Shown here: positions 1 through 14,080 of the stretch, piece after piece
Layout: each line of letters begins with the position of its first letter
How positions within the stretch are numbered: position 1 is the first letter of the stretch
Assembly (NCBI GenBank): GCA_964016885.1
Contig: OZ024740.1
Coordinates: 331,886,001-331,950,000, forward strand
Direction of reading: 5' to 3'
Source: Eledone cirrhosa
Lineage: Eukaryota
DNA length: 64,000 bases
The notes under the pieces: model-generated
What the model was told of the DNA's origin: nothing
What the model saw: only the letters and a program-made list of their open reading frames with translations
Databases searched by the model: none
Translations under genes and position numbers: made by a program

Positions 1-62
1 TGTGTACCTATGTATATATGTATTTATGTATATACATATATATATATACATATATATACATG

Positions 63-154
<92 letters not shown>

Positions 155-285
155 TATATATACATTACATATATATATACATATATATACACATATATAC
201 ATACAAATATATATATATATATACATATATATACATACATATATATGTATATATATATATGTATATATATATGTATATATATATG

Positions 286-316
<31 letters not shown>

Positions 317-404
317 GTATATACATATATATATATATATATATATACATAAATACATACATACATAGGTACATATATATATATATATACACACATATAT
401 ATAT

Positions 405-445
<41 letters not shown>

Positions 446-452
446 TAGATAG
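1..452. repeat. Compound (TA)n/(CA)n/(TACA)n microsatellite
   Basis: Directly visible dinucleotide tracts; they explain the YI/HT-repeat ORFs. Confidence 0.98.
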
Positions 453-558
453 ATTTTGAGTTTATGTTTGTTGTATATATATATATATATATATAGTGTT
501 TACTCCGGCAATACTTCTTAATTTACTAAAATTACAAATTACTGCCATTTTCTCACAG

Positions 559-698
559 TTGGAACTGATATGTTTGCTGCATCCGGAGATATTGGCAAAG
601 CTAAAAGTATTGGCAAAGATGCAAGTGACTTGAGTAAAAGTATTGATCCAATGGTTGAGATGCAACCAATTATCCACAGAGTAATATTTAGACGTTGA
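559..698 (+). CDS. Possible terminal coding exon of an unidentified host gene (phase 1)
   Basis: A pyrimidine tract and CAG acceptor (ttttctcacag, ending 558) precede an open frame GTDMFAASGDIGKAKSIGKDASDLSKSIDPMVEMQPIIHRVIFRR* (TGA 696-698). No family recognised. Confidence 0.25.
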
Positions 699-1039
699 AG
701 CGCCATCTACATATAAATGACTAGTAGTGTTCTTGGAGAAAACTTAGAACTCATTTATTGATAAAGTGAAAGTAAATGTATCACTGTGACGACAATGATG
801 ATGTTTATCATGATCATGATCATGTGTAATAGCGAGTGTAGTAATCACCAACATAAAAGACGTAGTTAAATTCACAACCATCGCCAACTTCACCAAGGCA
901 AGCAACCTTACTAGTGCTAGCATCACAACGGATATCATCAATACAAGCAACAACATGAACATCAAACTCCACCATCAAAATGACGACTGGATACCAACAA
1001 TAGCTTCATCAGCCTCATAAACATTACCAGCAGCACGTC

Positions 1040-1510
1040 CTTCATCATTATTGTCATCACCAACGTCATCATCATCGTCATCATCATCGTTCTCATAATA
1101 GATATAATCTTTATTTCCATCATGCTGATCATCATTATTATCAACATCAACACCAATGTCAACATCACAATCATTATCAACAGTATCATTCTAATCGACG
1201 TCATCATTGTCTTTACTCAACCCCAACGCGTCATTCATCATCATTGTCATCATCCTTACCGTCGTTGTTACCGTCTCGTCGTCATCGTCGTCAGTGTTCT
1301 TATCATCATCATCATCATCATCAGTATAATCATCATAATCATTATCATTATCATCTTCATCATCATCATAAGCTTTATCATCATCACGATCATCATGGTC
1401 ATCATCATCATCATCATCATCATTACCATCATCATCAACACCACTAACAACAACAACATCATCAACAACCCCACCAACAACGACACCACCCATATCTCTA
1501 CCACCACCAA
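1040..1510. repeat. Degenerate (CAT)n/(CAA)n/(CAC)n trinucleotide low-complexity tract
   Basis: Visible repeats; source of the poly-I/H/D/M ORFs. Confidence 0.95.
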
Positions 1511-1639
1511 ACCACGACCACCCACAGACAGATCATTCTCTATCCGCAATAGCCATGAAAGAAGTATGTTCGTTGACACTACTAGAGCTAACAACAGATT
1601 GGAGAACTCGAAACTTGAGAAGAAGACACTTGTCTAAAA

Positions 1640-2445
1640 TGTGATGATTTGATTGACACTGCTGTAATTTATATGTTGCAAGTCTTGGGAATAGGTGTCC
1701 TCAATGTTGTGTCCACTTCTTTGGCCACTGCTTCGTTTCTCATATCTTATGACAGATAACTGCCAGAGTTTTGTTGCGTTTTAGCCTTTCTTGTTTAGAA
1801 GCTATAATGTCATATCATCCACTCTTGTGGATTTTCTGTTTGCGAGCTTGCACACGAATTGACATATCCCCGAGTACTCTATTCTTGTTGGTGGAATTAT
1901 CGAAGATGGTGGTGGTATATCTGAGTTTGTGATCATGGAGGTAGTCGCAATACTCATACCAGCTTTTGTTGACATTAGTCCAGTCTGTGAGACGCAAACC
2001 TGTTATGTCCTCAATAACAGTTGTGATGTGTTGCTTTGCTATCGAAAACATTTTAAGGGTTTCATAAGCAGTCTTGCTGTTGCCTTTTTTCGACATTTTG
2101 CGCTGATCATTTATCCGATTCTCTTTGGCTTCCCTCACTTTTATCATATGCTTCCTATTCGCAGCCATGTTTTGCTGTTTTGGTTCCTGACCAGTTAACT
2201 TCTTTTTCAGGTCCTATCTTAAAGAAAATATGGTCAAGATGTCACGAATGTCTCATGGTTTCCTTTATCTTCTTCCTTTCCCCATCACACCTAGAATTGT
2301 TTACTGTAGTACTTCGTTGATGATGTCAGTCAAGGAGTATACAGTATCACTTTTTCCAGAATGGTAAGGACTACAAGCCTACGGCCTATGTTAACCGGAA
2401 ACATTGCTGAAACCTTGGGATGCTTTAGTTTCTTTATAACACACA
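1640..2445 (-). mobile_element. Degenerate RTE-clade LINE fragment (EN-RT linker)
   Basis: ORF 1815-2168 (KVREAKE..KGNSKTAYETLK..TTVIED..LTD..W.EYC) resembles the RTE linker; the flanks are frameshifted. Confidence 0.65.
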
Positions 2446-3194
2446 ACATTTAATTAACGAAGCAAATTCCATTTTGATTCTCTTAAATCAGTCTTTGATA
2501 GAAATACAGAGTATAATAAGATTGAATAAAGGTTAGTGGAGGTTACTCAGTTTTATTACTCTGCGTCGTTTGGTGCTGTTGAGTGAAATGTTTATGTCTA
2601 ACCCTTATTTTTAAGACTAAATTAAAAACTTCCATATTTCTACTGTAAAGAGCTCTTGTGATTGGATATCTGCGACTAAAATTTCCAATGAATCCTTTCT
2701 TTTTTGATATGTTAAGGTCTAATAATATGAAAATAATTCAAGGATATCATCAATAAAACCTAACTCATTTGACAGTGCATAAATATATGCCCTGAAGCAA
2801 ACGTAATGCATGTAGTAAACAATTAATTAGTGGCAAACACTCTTATGGAGATTAGAAAATTAAATCAATCTTAGGACAATTATGTCCTAAATATAATTAT
2901 CGAAAATAACCAGAATAATGTATATCAAAATTAAATATATGCCATAGCGAAATTAAGCGTTTGCTAATGTAAACTTCAAATATTTACAACGTGGTCTATT
3001 AATAAAACGTCTCTACTTAGAAGTAATTTGAAGGATAAGATAGTTCTGTTAATACTTCCCAGAAATTGCAAATGTTATTGATAGTCACCTTAGGGTGTTT
3101 GGTGTATTCAAACAAAGTTACTGACATAGAGTAATTTCAAACACATTGGCACACACCATCTACGCACTCAATCATCCACCAAACCCCATTTCTA

Positions 3195-3850
<656 letters not shown>

Positions 3851-5704
3851 GCATGTCCGTGGTATACCTTCATATGAAATCATTTATTTAATGGTAAACG
3901 TTGTAGAAATTTAAACCTTGCGGAGTGTGTGTACTTGGTAAATAATCAAAGAAGTTTTTGCAAGAAATACAAACGTTAATAGGAAATAGTATTGCTTCAA
4001 TCATCTAAATCATTGAAATAACAAGATATCAAACACTTGTGGTGCTTCAACGCGTAGAAAACAAATTAGAATAGAGAAAGATCGGCTGATCAACATTTTA
4101 CGATCATTTGCAATTATTGCTATGTTCATATTTTGGAAAATAATAAAGTACAATAATAAATTATAATATATAAAACTAAACGAACATAATTCCACCAATC
4201 TAAATACGAACAGTCATAAAACCTAATATGTTATACAAATAAAAACGGTATTTTATGAATGATTCTAGAAATCATAACTAAGATGATATTTTCGCACAAA
4301 GAAATCCCTTTGGAAAAGAGTGTAATTGATTATAGAGGTACCAGTACTCTACTGATACATATTTCATGATTCCTTGATATCTAAATGTAAATTCGACAGT
4401 ATGTGCATGTAATTCAGGAATCTACCGGTTCCGCTAATACACCATCCATCTATGTCGTTGTTATTTTGACTCACATATACGTTATTCTGTGAGACCATGT
4501 GCCCCAATTTCTTTCATGTACCGACTCTTCAAATTATAGGAACAAAAATATGAAATCAGTGCATGTAACTGGAATATATAACCACCAAACAGACTTTGCG
4601 ATGATTTAAAAATTCTGTCAATTCCTTGCCCGGGACATGATCTTTATTCATCGAATATTAAAGTTGAAGGTAACTTTGAATGTGATTTTGTGTGCTGTCT
4701 CAAATTTCAAGAAATGGAAGTGATATTCCTTTCCTATCGACAAGCATTCATTATCAAAATAAAGTAACACACTAGAAAATATACGAAATGATAATAACTA
4801 TGAAAGTTTGTCAGCTTGATCAGCTGGGACAAGCGGTGACTTACCGATCTCTATAACATATCTTGGGTGATAGAATAGCTAAATAGCTCAACATAGTGAA
4901 TTGATTTGCTAGAAAGAGCAGCCCAATCGTCTTTGATTGAGATTGCTGCTATTGAAATGTATTACGTCATAGGACTTCTCATCGTCGTCTGACATACAAC
5001 AAAATAATATCAACAGCATATCTAAAGATATCCATAAATACAAAACAGACAGAAATCGGAACACTAATAATTAGAATGGGTTTTTGAAACTAACTCTCAT
5101 GTTCAATTTCAAAGGCTCTATATTTTGGAATAGGAAGAGATATGTTTATATTGACACTAGTACAAGAAATTATATGTAGTATATGAACATCAGAAACATG
5201 TTATGCTTAAAACCTAAATAGCATAATTAGGTGCTGCAATTTATTTGATGCACAGATTTTTCTTTGCAATTATTCCCTGATCCTTCTAGACTTCTGTCGT
5301 AATAATCCGTTGCATAATTTGTCATAGGATTTGAAATAATAATGGTTAAGGCAATAATGGAAACTATCCTCTCTTGGATTCGTATCGGAAATGGATTGGA
5401 ATCATACCAGAAATAGTTAAGAGGAATTATATTAAGAAAAGTATCGGTATATATGAAGTGAGTTAACTTCATCTAGGAATACGTTTGCCAGAATCTTATT
5501 ATATAATCGATTATATAGGCCGCTTCTTTAGGATCAACAAAAATGTTAAATTATATGCAATTTTGTGACAATTTTAATCACCATCTATATAATTTTCCTA
5601 GTCACTTCTACGGGCTATCAACTCTATTGTTCAACAGGGTTCAGTTGTGTCGCCCACTCTTTATCCTATATGACAAGGATATACTTGCCGGCAAAATCAA
5701 TAAT

Positions 5705-5869
5705 TGTTTCTACTTTTTGGCACAAGGCCAGCAATTATCACAGTGTATTACTGGTACTTTATTTTATCGACGCCGTAAGGATGAAAGGCAAAGTTAACCT
5801 CGGCGGGATTTGAATTCAGTCCGTAAAGCATGGCGTCTGACCCTCAACCGATACTGCCAATCCACAGCC
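5705..5869 (-). mobile_element. tRNA-derived SINE
   Basis: A-box-like TGGCAGTATCGG and B-box-like GAATTCAAATCC on the minus strand; core CTTTCATCCTTACGGCGTCGATAAAATAAAGTACCAG; ~15-bp TSD ggcaaaa(t/g)caataat (5690-5704 and 5870-5884); homologous to other copies in the window. Confidence 0.9.
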
Positions 5870-7059
5870 GGCAAAAGCAATAATGTTCTCCCACAATCCC
5901 TAGAGCCTACTTCGATGATTTCGCTACCGGTGTCGGGGTTTTCTATAATATTATTCTCTAACATTACCAATTATAACCTGACTAGTATTTTAAAGTGGCA
6001 ACTGCATCAATGTTTTTTTTTATCGAGAAATCTCTAAAAGGGTTGCTGACCTAGACTAAAGTGACTCGCCTTCTAATGACGTAGTTTTCACCTAGGATAA
6101 AATCTGATATATCATTGTAGAAATGAGTAGTTTGTGAGGTTGCACAAGCACAAGTGATTTTACGTAACCAGCATCTCTAAGCAGAGTATAGCCCAAATCT
6201 GAAGAGCTCTTCCTACCCAAGCAATGTGACTACCTTTCCAGATACATCATGTATTTTCCTAACAATGCGGGTGGGTAAACGTTAACCATGTAGAGTGACC
6301 TAAACCTATATATCGGAACCAGCTCATACTAGGACTGGTGTCATGTAGTAGTGACCGTGGCCGCTACCTACTACCTATTTTTATTGTGGTAGTGAGATGT
6401 ATGGTTGCGTTATGTTAAGATCTCTCAAGATATCACGAGTTCCTTTTCGGTTGTGAGGTGGGATGGTGGATACACCTAATCAGACGAAATGATTAGGTGT
6501 AAAAACTCATGAGAGAGAAGGAAATTATAAATAGAAATAGAACAATCCAATAATATTAGAATCATCAAATATGAACCAACAGAATAATACCAACGATTAA
6601 AAGATTATAATAAAACTATTATATTATTAATATTGTACTGAGACTAGAGACAGAAATAACTATGACGTAACATTTCTGTCCGTGTAGAAAGTAAAAGAGA
6701 AAGAAAAAGAAATAGAGAGAGGGTGTGAGAGAGAGTGAGAGAGTAAGTGAGAGACAGAGATCAGGAAAAGCAGTCGGGTATATATTCAGAGAGGGGCTTA
6801 GAGCGCATACCATACAAGCTAAGAGAGATGAAAGTTATATATAAAACCACGTGGAGGTTTGGTGGTTAATACCCAAGGGAGAGAAGGAGAATATAAATAA
6901 AAACACAAAAACTCAATAATATTATTATTATCAAAATTTACTCACGAAACTCAACCCAGAGATTAAGAGTTATCAGCAATAACATAATGACATTAATTTT
7001 ACACTGAGAGCAGAGACAGAAATAACTATGATTAATATGTTCTGTCCAGTTAGTTAGTT

Positions 7060-7211
7060 TTTTTAATAGATTTTTTATATATTTTTTATTGTGAATTGTT
7101 TTTGTTATTGTGTATTTTAACTCAATTTTATTGTAAACCGCACTGTCCCACGTTTATCTTATCCCCAATATACTGGCCCTTATGGCCAATAAATAAAACC
7201 ATTATTATTAT
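7060..7211 (+). mobile_element. 3' UTR and (ATT)n tail of a Tx1/L1-type LINE (severely 5'-truncated)
   Basis: ttattgtaaaccgcactgtc...ggccaataaataaaacc(att)n matches the 3' ends at ~8690-8763 and ~14290-14373. Confidence 0.75.
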
Positions 7212-7220
7212 ACGACCAAT

Positions 7221-7408
7221 GGCGGTGGATTGGCAGTATCGGTAGAGGGTCAGACGCCATGCTTTGACGCATAGAGTTACGGCCCCTGCCATTCTGATTT
7301 CAATTCCCGCCGAGGTTAACTTTGCTTTTCATTCTTACGGGGTCGATAAAATAAAGTACCAGTAATGCACTGGGTAATTGTGGCCTTATGCCAAAAGTAG
7401 AAACAATT
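7221..7408 (+). mobile_element. tRNA-derived SINE, full length
   Basis: GGCGGTGGATTGGCAGTATCGGTAGAG head, shared core, tail ...ggccttatgccaaaagtagaaacaatt; TSD attatacga(c/t)ca (7207-7218 and 7412-7423). Confidence 0.9.
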
Positions 7409-7423
7409 ATCATTATACGATCA

Positions 7424-8763
7424 GGGTAGCTAGACTCACACAGAAATGGGCTGCGAGGGAGCTATCAATGAAAGGCCGGGTGGAGGGGGGGAATGCGTAC
7501 ATCGCGTCCGTCATCTACTTGACCGCCGTGCCTTGTAGAGGGGACAGATTCCGCTGTTGAAGCGATCCATCTGCTGCCAGCACCCTCTACCTGGAGGGCT
7601 GGGCATGCCGTGGCTAATGATGCGCAGACATGCACCAAGTCTGCGGTATCTCCAGATATTCTACCTAAACGTTGAACTGGTGTGGTCGCCGTTTGTCAGA
7701 CGGGCCTTTCCACAGCTCATCTCTTTAACTGAGCTGCAGTCCTAGCTCAAGAGGAGACCGAGACTGGGTGTCTGACATCTGGAATGTTGCCAGGCACTCA
7801 CTGCCCTCTACCAGGTGGGAAATGTGGTCAGTGGAACCTTCTCACTCAAGTTCTATAGAGGATTAGTGGTGTGCAAGTGCAACGACGCACTCGGAGAAGC
7901 TCTGGGCATCGATGAAGTCGAACAGAGCAGTCTGTTCCGGAACACTTTCGAGTCGGGGTCGGACGATGGATAACTTCCAGAACTCCCTCGTTTAGCAGTG
8001 CTACCGGGGGGCAATGCCGGTTCGAGATAAAAACTACAAGCACTGAAGTGCTGTAAAACATACATGCCCGAGATATGCGCAGAACGAAACTGTTCTGCAC
8101 GCACTCGTCAAAAGTCCGTGCATTACTGACTTGTGGAGTTATGTTGAACAGCTGTGGTCGCGTGTAGAAGGGATCCGGCTATCAGCCGGGTCCATGGTGA
8201 AGATCGAACCGTTGCCTTCTTTTGGGCCGGAATGACAGGCAATTTTCCTCTAGTGGCAGTTGCGAAAGAGGTTTTATGGTGGCCCAGGTTGAAAAGACTG
8301 AAGACAGACACTTTTCTCTTCGGTCACTCCCTCATCAACCTTTTCAAATTTCACTTAGAAAGGAAGATGAAGGTGGAGAGAGAAGTGATGCCCCCAACAC
8401 CAGTACATTTGCTGAAATGTGGGTGAATGGGGCGAGATTGGCTCGTGTGAGTGGGACTACTCTGACCATGCGCCTGTAGGCTGGTTAATTTGAGGAGCAG
8501 AGGGGTGCCCTCCCTGGGTGCCCTAGAAGCGTTGGGTGGTTCAGGATTGGTGGGGTACCTGAGTCTCCAGTGGGTGGCTCACCCCCGCATTGGGGAATAT
8601 ATTTTGTTATTTTTATACATAGTTTATCTTTATAGTTTTTTTTCATTGTTAAATTTGTTTTGTTATTGTGCATTTTAAATCAATCTTATTGTAAACCCTC
8701 ACTGTCTTTGTATTGTCCTGTACATGTCGGGCCAATAAATGAAATTATTATTATTATTATTAT
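7424..8763 (+). mobile_element. 5'-truncated Tx1/L1-type LINE copy
   Basis: Colinear with 12948-14373 (e.g. RSICCQHPL.GGLG.PWLMMRRH); ends in AATAAATGAA(ATT)n. Confidence 0.93.
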
Positions 8764-9188
8764 TGGTCTGTTCGGACGTCTTTTTGGCTCGCTCCCAGTA
8801 AGTCGATTTACTTGCCTGTTAAAATTATTTTTTGTTAAATATTTCTTGTTGTGTAAGGGATATAAGCCCTTAGACTTTGCCATGTGAAGGAGAAAATATT
8901 TGAACTTTTTTTACATGTTAAAAAATTTACGGAGAAAAGAAAACATGGCTGAGCCACGCCCCCTAGCGATATGTCTGCTGTCGTCCGACAACGACGTAGA
9001 GGTTGAGAGGAGCGCTACAGCGAAATTAACACAAATTGATAACACAAACACCACCACAAACAATTAAACAAAGACACCAATGATACCAATGAGAACTCTA
9101 ATTTTGAAAAAAATGACAGTAACCGCGACAACGAAAATACAGATAACAAAAAAAAAATAACAAATGCAACAATATCAGCACCACTAAC

Positions 9189-10757
9189 ATGAAAACAAAT
9201 AGCGACAACACCGACAGCAACAATACCAACTGCACTGAGAACAACGGTGGCAACAAAGACAACAATGATAACAGCGACAGTGCTAACAACACCGCCAACG
9301 AAAACAAGAAGAACACTTTCGCTGCGGCAGCAGCAAAAAAGAGGCCATGCTTCAACATGGACCTCTCAAACAAAGATGAAAAGTTGGCCCAGGCATGGAA
9401 GCTCATCAAGCAAGGGAAAACCTGGGCCAACTTAACTGTCCCGGTAGAAGCTATTGAGGCAGTGGAGCGCAAACCAAAAGGCAGCTTTAATCCCACAAGA
9501 AGATGTCGAAGTCGCGCTGAGGTGCATCAGAGAAGACACCAAATACATAGAGAGGGGCAGACAGTACGGCACCATTTCGGTGTTGTTCAAGTCAGAAGCC
9601 CTCGCTATGAAACACGCTATGACTCCTTGCAAAGCCAGCAAGGTCATAATGTACCCCTCCCACATGGGAAAAAGAACGGCCCGTCTCCGCATTCCCAGAA
9701 TCCCACCAGGACTTGACATGTGGTGGCTTCTGGGATGAGTGATTGTGGAGGGGACGGATACCGTCCCTATAGAAGTGACCAGAACGGCCAGAGAGGACTG
9801 GTCCGGGGTTGACCTGGAGATCCTACTCCAGATCAGGCCCGAGAATGTCTGCCTTCAGAATGGGACGGTCATTCACATTATGACCGAAGGCAAAAGGCCG
9901 CAGTGTTTTGTTTGTGGGGGAAAACACCCATTTGCGAGCCTTCTGCCCTCAACTGCTGAAAGAGGCAAGGTGTCGAAAGGCTCCACTGCTGCCGACGCCG
10001 GGGCGAGGACCACAACCAACACCAGCACCGACAAAAACCACCAACAACAACACCAATAGAAAGACCACCACCAACTTGACCACCCAGGGGGGAAACGAGG
10101 AAAGCTGTCAAATTCCCCCTCCCCCCAAAAAATACACACACCAATAAAACCATAAACATACATACAGACACACTTACAGACACAGACCCCTCATCTACCA
10201 GTAGTGAAGATGAGGGAAAACCAAAATCCCCCAAAATACAAAAAAAGGAAACACAAAAGGAAAAAAAAAATCAACAAAGCACAAAATCTCCCACAAAAAA
10301 ACGCAGACACCACCCACGCAAACATCTCTCCAATAACACCAACATCAACACCACCATCACCATCACCAGACTCCCCCAAACTCAAACAACCTAAACAGAC
10401 GCAAGAACAAATATACACACAAACATCTGAAACCACAAACACAGACACAACCGAAACAACACCACCAAAACATACAAAACTTCGTGCTCGTCAGGAGGGC
10501 CAACGAGGAACTGATGGACCTCGTAGCACGAAGTGAAAATATACAAAAAGAGGGGAATATTTCGCGTGCCGGAAGATTTGGTTCTGGTGCGAATATCGAT
10601 CGAATTATACAAAGAGATACGAGACAGCTTTCCTCGGGCCGTGGGAACCCCGAACGTAAAACCAACTTCAAGACTTTTAAAGGGGTTCCCAAAAGAAACC
10701 CCACCAACTATGGAGGTCGAACAACCCGACCTTCACAAGAGCCCGGAAGGTAAGTAA
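9189..10757 (+). pseudogene. Tx1/L1 ORF1 (frameshifted)
   Basis: Successive ORF fragments 9189-9716, 9454-9738, 9739-10059, 10204-10536 and 10533-10757 lie directly upstream of the APE start; CCHC-like remnant. Confidence 0.75.
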
Positions 10758-10789
10758 ACCTTTCCTCTCTGTCTGTTAAACCTGCCAAC

Positions 10790-13700
10790 ATGGCCGTATT
10801 AAGAGTAGGATGTTTAAATGTTCGAGGCCTGGGACCGTCCTGGAAGCAGGCTCACCTGCTCAATGCCCTCAGGTCTCTAGAAATGGATGTAATTGCCGTC
10901 AGCGAGACCAGGATTTCCTACACGCGCGCACTAGCCCCCATTTTCGACGACTATCAGACATTTGCATCTGTTAGCCGGCCGGGATTGGGAGGCGGGGTGG
11001 CATTTCTGTTTAGGAAAGGCCTGGATCTCGAGGTAAGGTCGATCTTCCGGGACCCGGACGGAAAGTTGGTGGTCCTAGACGTGAACAATAACGAAGGTGG
11101 TGCCTTTAGACTGGTGGCCGTCTATGCTCCTACTGGGGCAGGACGGCCGGACTTCTTTAGACGCCTGGAAGCCTTTCTGAGCACGTCTCGCCCTTTATTG
11201 TTAGCGGGGGACTGGAACGGCATCTTAGACGCACGCTGGGACTGTGTGGGAGTATCCGATAGGAGCGGGTGGTGCAAAAGCCTCAAGAACCTGATCTGCC
11301 AGTCCCAACTGTCTCACAGGTAGCGACTAGATTTCCCTAACGCGCCAGTGTGGACCAGGGCTAACCGCATAGGGTCATCTAGATCGTATATAGACAGGAT
11401 ATTCATTAGGAAAATAGACACAAATAGTGTAAGCTGTCCAGGTTTTGAAACGGTCCCCTATTCAGATCATAAGTTTGTGATCTGTATGGTCGACCTAGAT
11501 AAGACGCGTAGGTTAGGACACGTTTAGCAAAGAAGTAGCGTTAGAGAAAAATAGAAAGCAGGGGGAGTTGGTAGATAAGTTAGACGAGGCTATTGGTAGA
11601 GGCATTGCAACTGACGTGCTAGCGGCGAGAATGGCGTTAGACCATTTCTTCAATGCGAAACACGAAGGTTGCATTGTCAGAGCTGAGGCGCGTGCTCTGA
11701 GAAACGAGGGAATAAAAGCTGTTCGATGGGCCCGCGTGTCAGAAGCGCAGCGTTGAAATAAAACCACGATTTGGTCTTTGACGGATGGAGACGGATACGA
11801 GCTGAACGATTCCAAGCGGATGTGTGAGGCCTTTCGCCATCATTTTCCTCGGTTGTTCGGGGAAAGTGGCGGGTCAGAGATGGTGGCAGAATTCAGTCCC
11901 TACCTAAAGGCTTGCCGCAACTCTCGACGGCTGACGCTGGGCGCTGCGAAAGGCCAATTACTTCAGCCGAGATTCAGGATGCCCCTGTCGGCTGCATGAG
12001 GCGCAAGTCATCCGGTTTGGATGGTCTGCCCTACGAGCTTTACGTAAATATGCCAGACTTGTTCTCCAATCTCCTAGAAGCCCTCTACTGCAACTGGCAG
12101 CAAAACGGGAGTATTCCCAGTTCTTTGAGCCGGGGCGTAGTGACGTTGATAAGGAAAGACGAGAACAAGAAGGACACATTAGACAATTTCAGGCCCATAA
12201 CTCTGCTCAACACAGAGTTTAAGATTTTGGCCAGGGTGTTAGCGAAGAGGTTGGCCCTTGTCATCGGGGATTTGGTTGGGGAGGCGCAAACTTACGCAAT
12301 CCCAACCAGGTCTATACACGACAACCTCCACCTAATGATATACATCATAGAGAGGGTTGGGTGTAAACCTGGCTTCGGTGGGGCTCTGATCAATTTAGAT
12401 CAATCGAAAGCATTCAATAGGGTCGATCATCGGTATCTGGAGGCTGTCCTCAAGGCGGCTGGCTGCGGCCCCGTCTTCAGAAGCTGGATCGCTGCAATGC
12501 ACAGCGGCGCCTGCTCGATGGTCAAAATGAATGGCCACCTCTCGGAACCGTTTTAGGTCTCCCGATCGGTCCGTCAAGGGTGCTCTCTCTCCTCCCTTCT
12601 GTACGTATTGACTCTCGAGCCTTTACTGCGGAAGCTGGAGCTGTTGCAGGCCATCCCGCTCGAACCGGGACGCGAAAGGCTGTGACGCCTTATCCGGACG
12701 ACATCACCGTGATGGTGTCGGACACCTCAGAAATCGAGGTGGTCGGCAACTTATTGGAGGAATATGAAAGGTTGACGGGAGCAAAACTTAACCCGGAAAA
12801 GTCGGTGGGCTTGCAACTCGGCACCTGGAGAGACAAGTCCATGCCGTCCAACAGCGTCGTTAGGCGCTGGACGGACAGACCGGTAAAGTTACTCAGGGTT
12901 TGGTTCGGGCCAGACCTCCAGGTGGATATGAATTGGCACGAGGGGAAGGGCAGAGAAGCCAGTCTCACCCATAAATGGGCTGGGATGAAGCTCTCATTGA
13001 AAGGTCGAGCAGAGGTGGCGAATGCGTACATCGCATCCGTCATCTACTACCGTCTGACCGTCGTCCCTTGCCCCCGTTCGCGCCTCGCCATCTTGGAGCG
13101 GCTCCTCTTCAAATTCTTGTGGAGGGGTCAGGTTCCGCTGGTGAGGCGGTCCATCTGCTGCCAGCACCCTCTACGTGGAGGGCTGGGCAGGCCGTGGCTA
13201 ATGATGCGCAGGCATGCGCTGAGGCTGCGGCATCTCCAGATATTCTGCCTAAACGGTGAACAGGTGTGGTCGCCGTTTGTCAGACGGGCCTTTCCGCAGC
13301 CCGTTTCTTTGACTGAGCTGCAGTCCTGGGTCAATAAGAGACCGAGACTGGGTGACTGACATCTGGAATGTTGCCAGGCACTCACTGCCCTCTACCAGGC
13401 GGGCAATGCGGTCAGTGGAACTTCCACTCTCGAGTTCTATAGAGGATTAGTGGTGGGCAAGTGCGACGCCGCACTCGGAGAGGCTCTGGGAGTCAACGAA
13501 GTCGAACTAACCAGTCTCTACCGGAGGACTTTCGAGCCGGGGACGGTGGATAATTTCCAAAAATCCCTCGCTTGGCAGTGCTACCGGGGGGGGGGGGGGG
13601 GGCACTGCCGGTTCGAGATAAACTCTACAGGCATGGAAGTGCTGTCAGACGGACCTGCCCGAGATGCGTGCAGAGCGACGAAACCGTTCTGCACGCACTC

Positions 13701-14080
13701 GTCCAGTGTCCGTGCATTACTGACTTGTGGAGTTATGTTGAACAGCTGTTGTCACGTGTAGAACGGATCCGGCTATTGGCCGAGTCCATAGTGAAGATCG
13801 ACCCGCCGCCTTCTTTTGGCCAGGAAGGGCAGGCAATTTTCCTCTGTCTGGTGGCTGTAGCGAAAGAGGTTGTATGGTGGACCAGGCTGAAAGGACTGAA
13901 GACAGACACTTTTCTCTTCGGCCAATCCTCATCAACTTTTCCAAGTTTCACTTGGAAAGGAAGGTGAGGGTGGAGAGAGAAGTGCTGCCCCCCCCCCCCC
14001 CCCAGTACATTTGTAAAGGTGTGTGAATGTGGCGAGAATGGCCCGTGTGAGTGGGCCTACTCTGGTCATGCGGCTGTATG
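10790..14080 (+). pseudogene. Tx1/L1 ORF2 (APE endonuclease plus reverse transcriptase), multiple stops and frameshifts
   Basis: ORFs 10790-11323, 11568-11756, 11912-12556, 12580-13359 and 13572-13967; stops at 11321, 11754, 12554 and 13357; apparent internal deletion near 11515. Confidence 0.93.

Noticed and set aside
8-444. Long ORFs of YI/HT/CV repeats (also at 3.2, 21.3, 22, 33.4, 39.7, 45.1, 53.3 and 60 kb)
   Set aside because: Translations of dinucleotide microsatellites that lack stop codons; no protein signal.
962-1637. Poly-His/Asp/Ile/Met ORFs (also 28961-29669, 48054-48550)
   Set aside because: Trinucleotide microsatellites are open in several frames on both strands.
5227-5472. 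81-aa minus-strand ORF after an AG
   Set aside because: No recognisable motif or supporting splice structure; compatible with chance.
7221-7312. tRNA gene
   Set aside because: A and B boxes are present but there is no cloverleaf; it is the head of a multicopy SINE with core, tail and TSDs.
12690-13951. Antisense ORFs over LINE/PLE coding regions (also 48600-50615, 62077-62969)
   Set aside because: Shadow frames of the retroelement ORFs.
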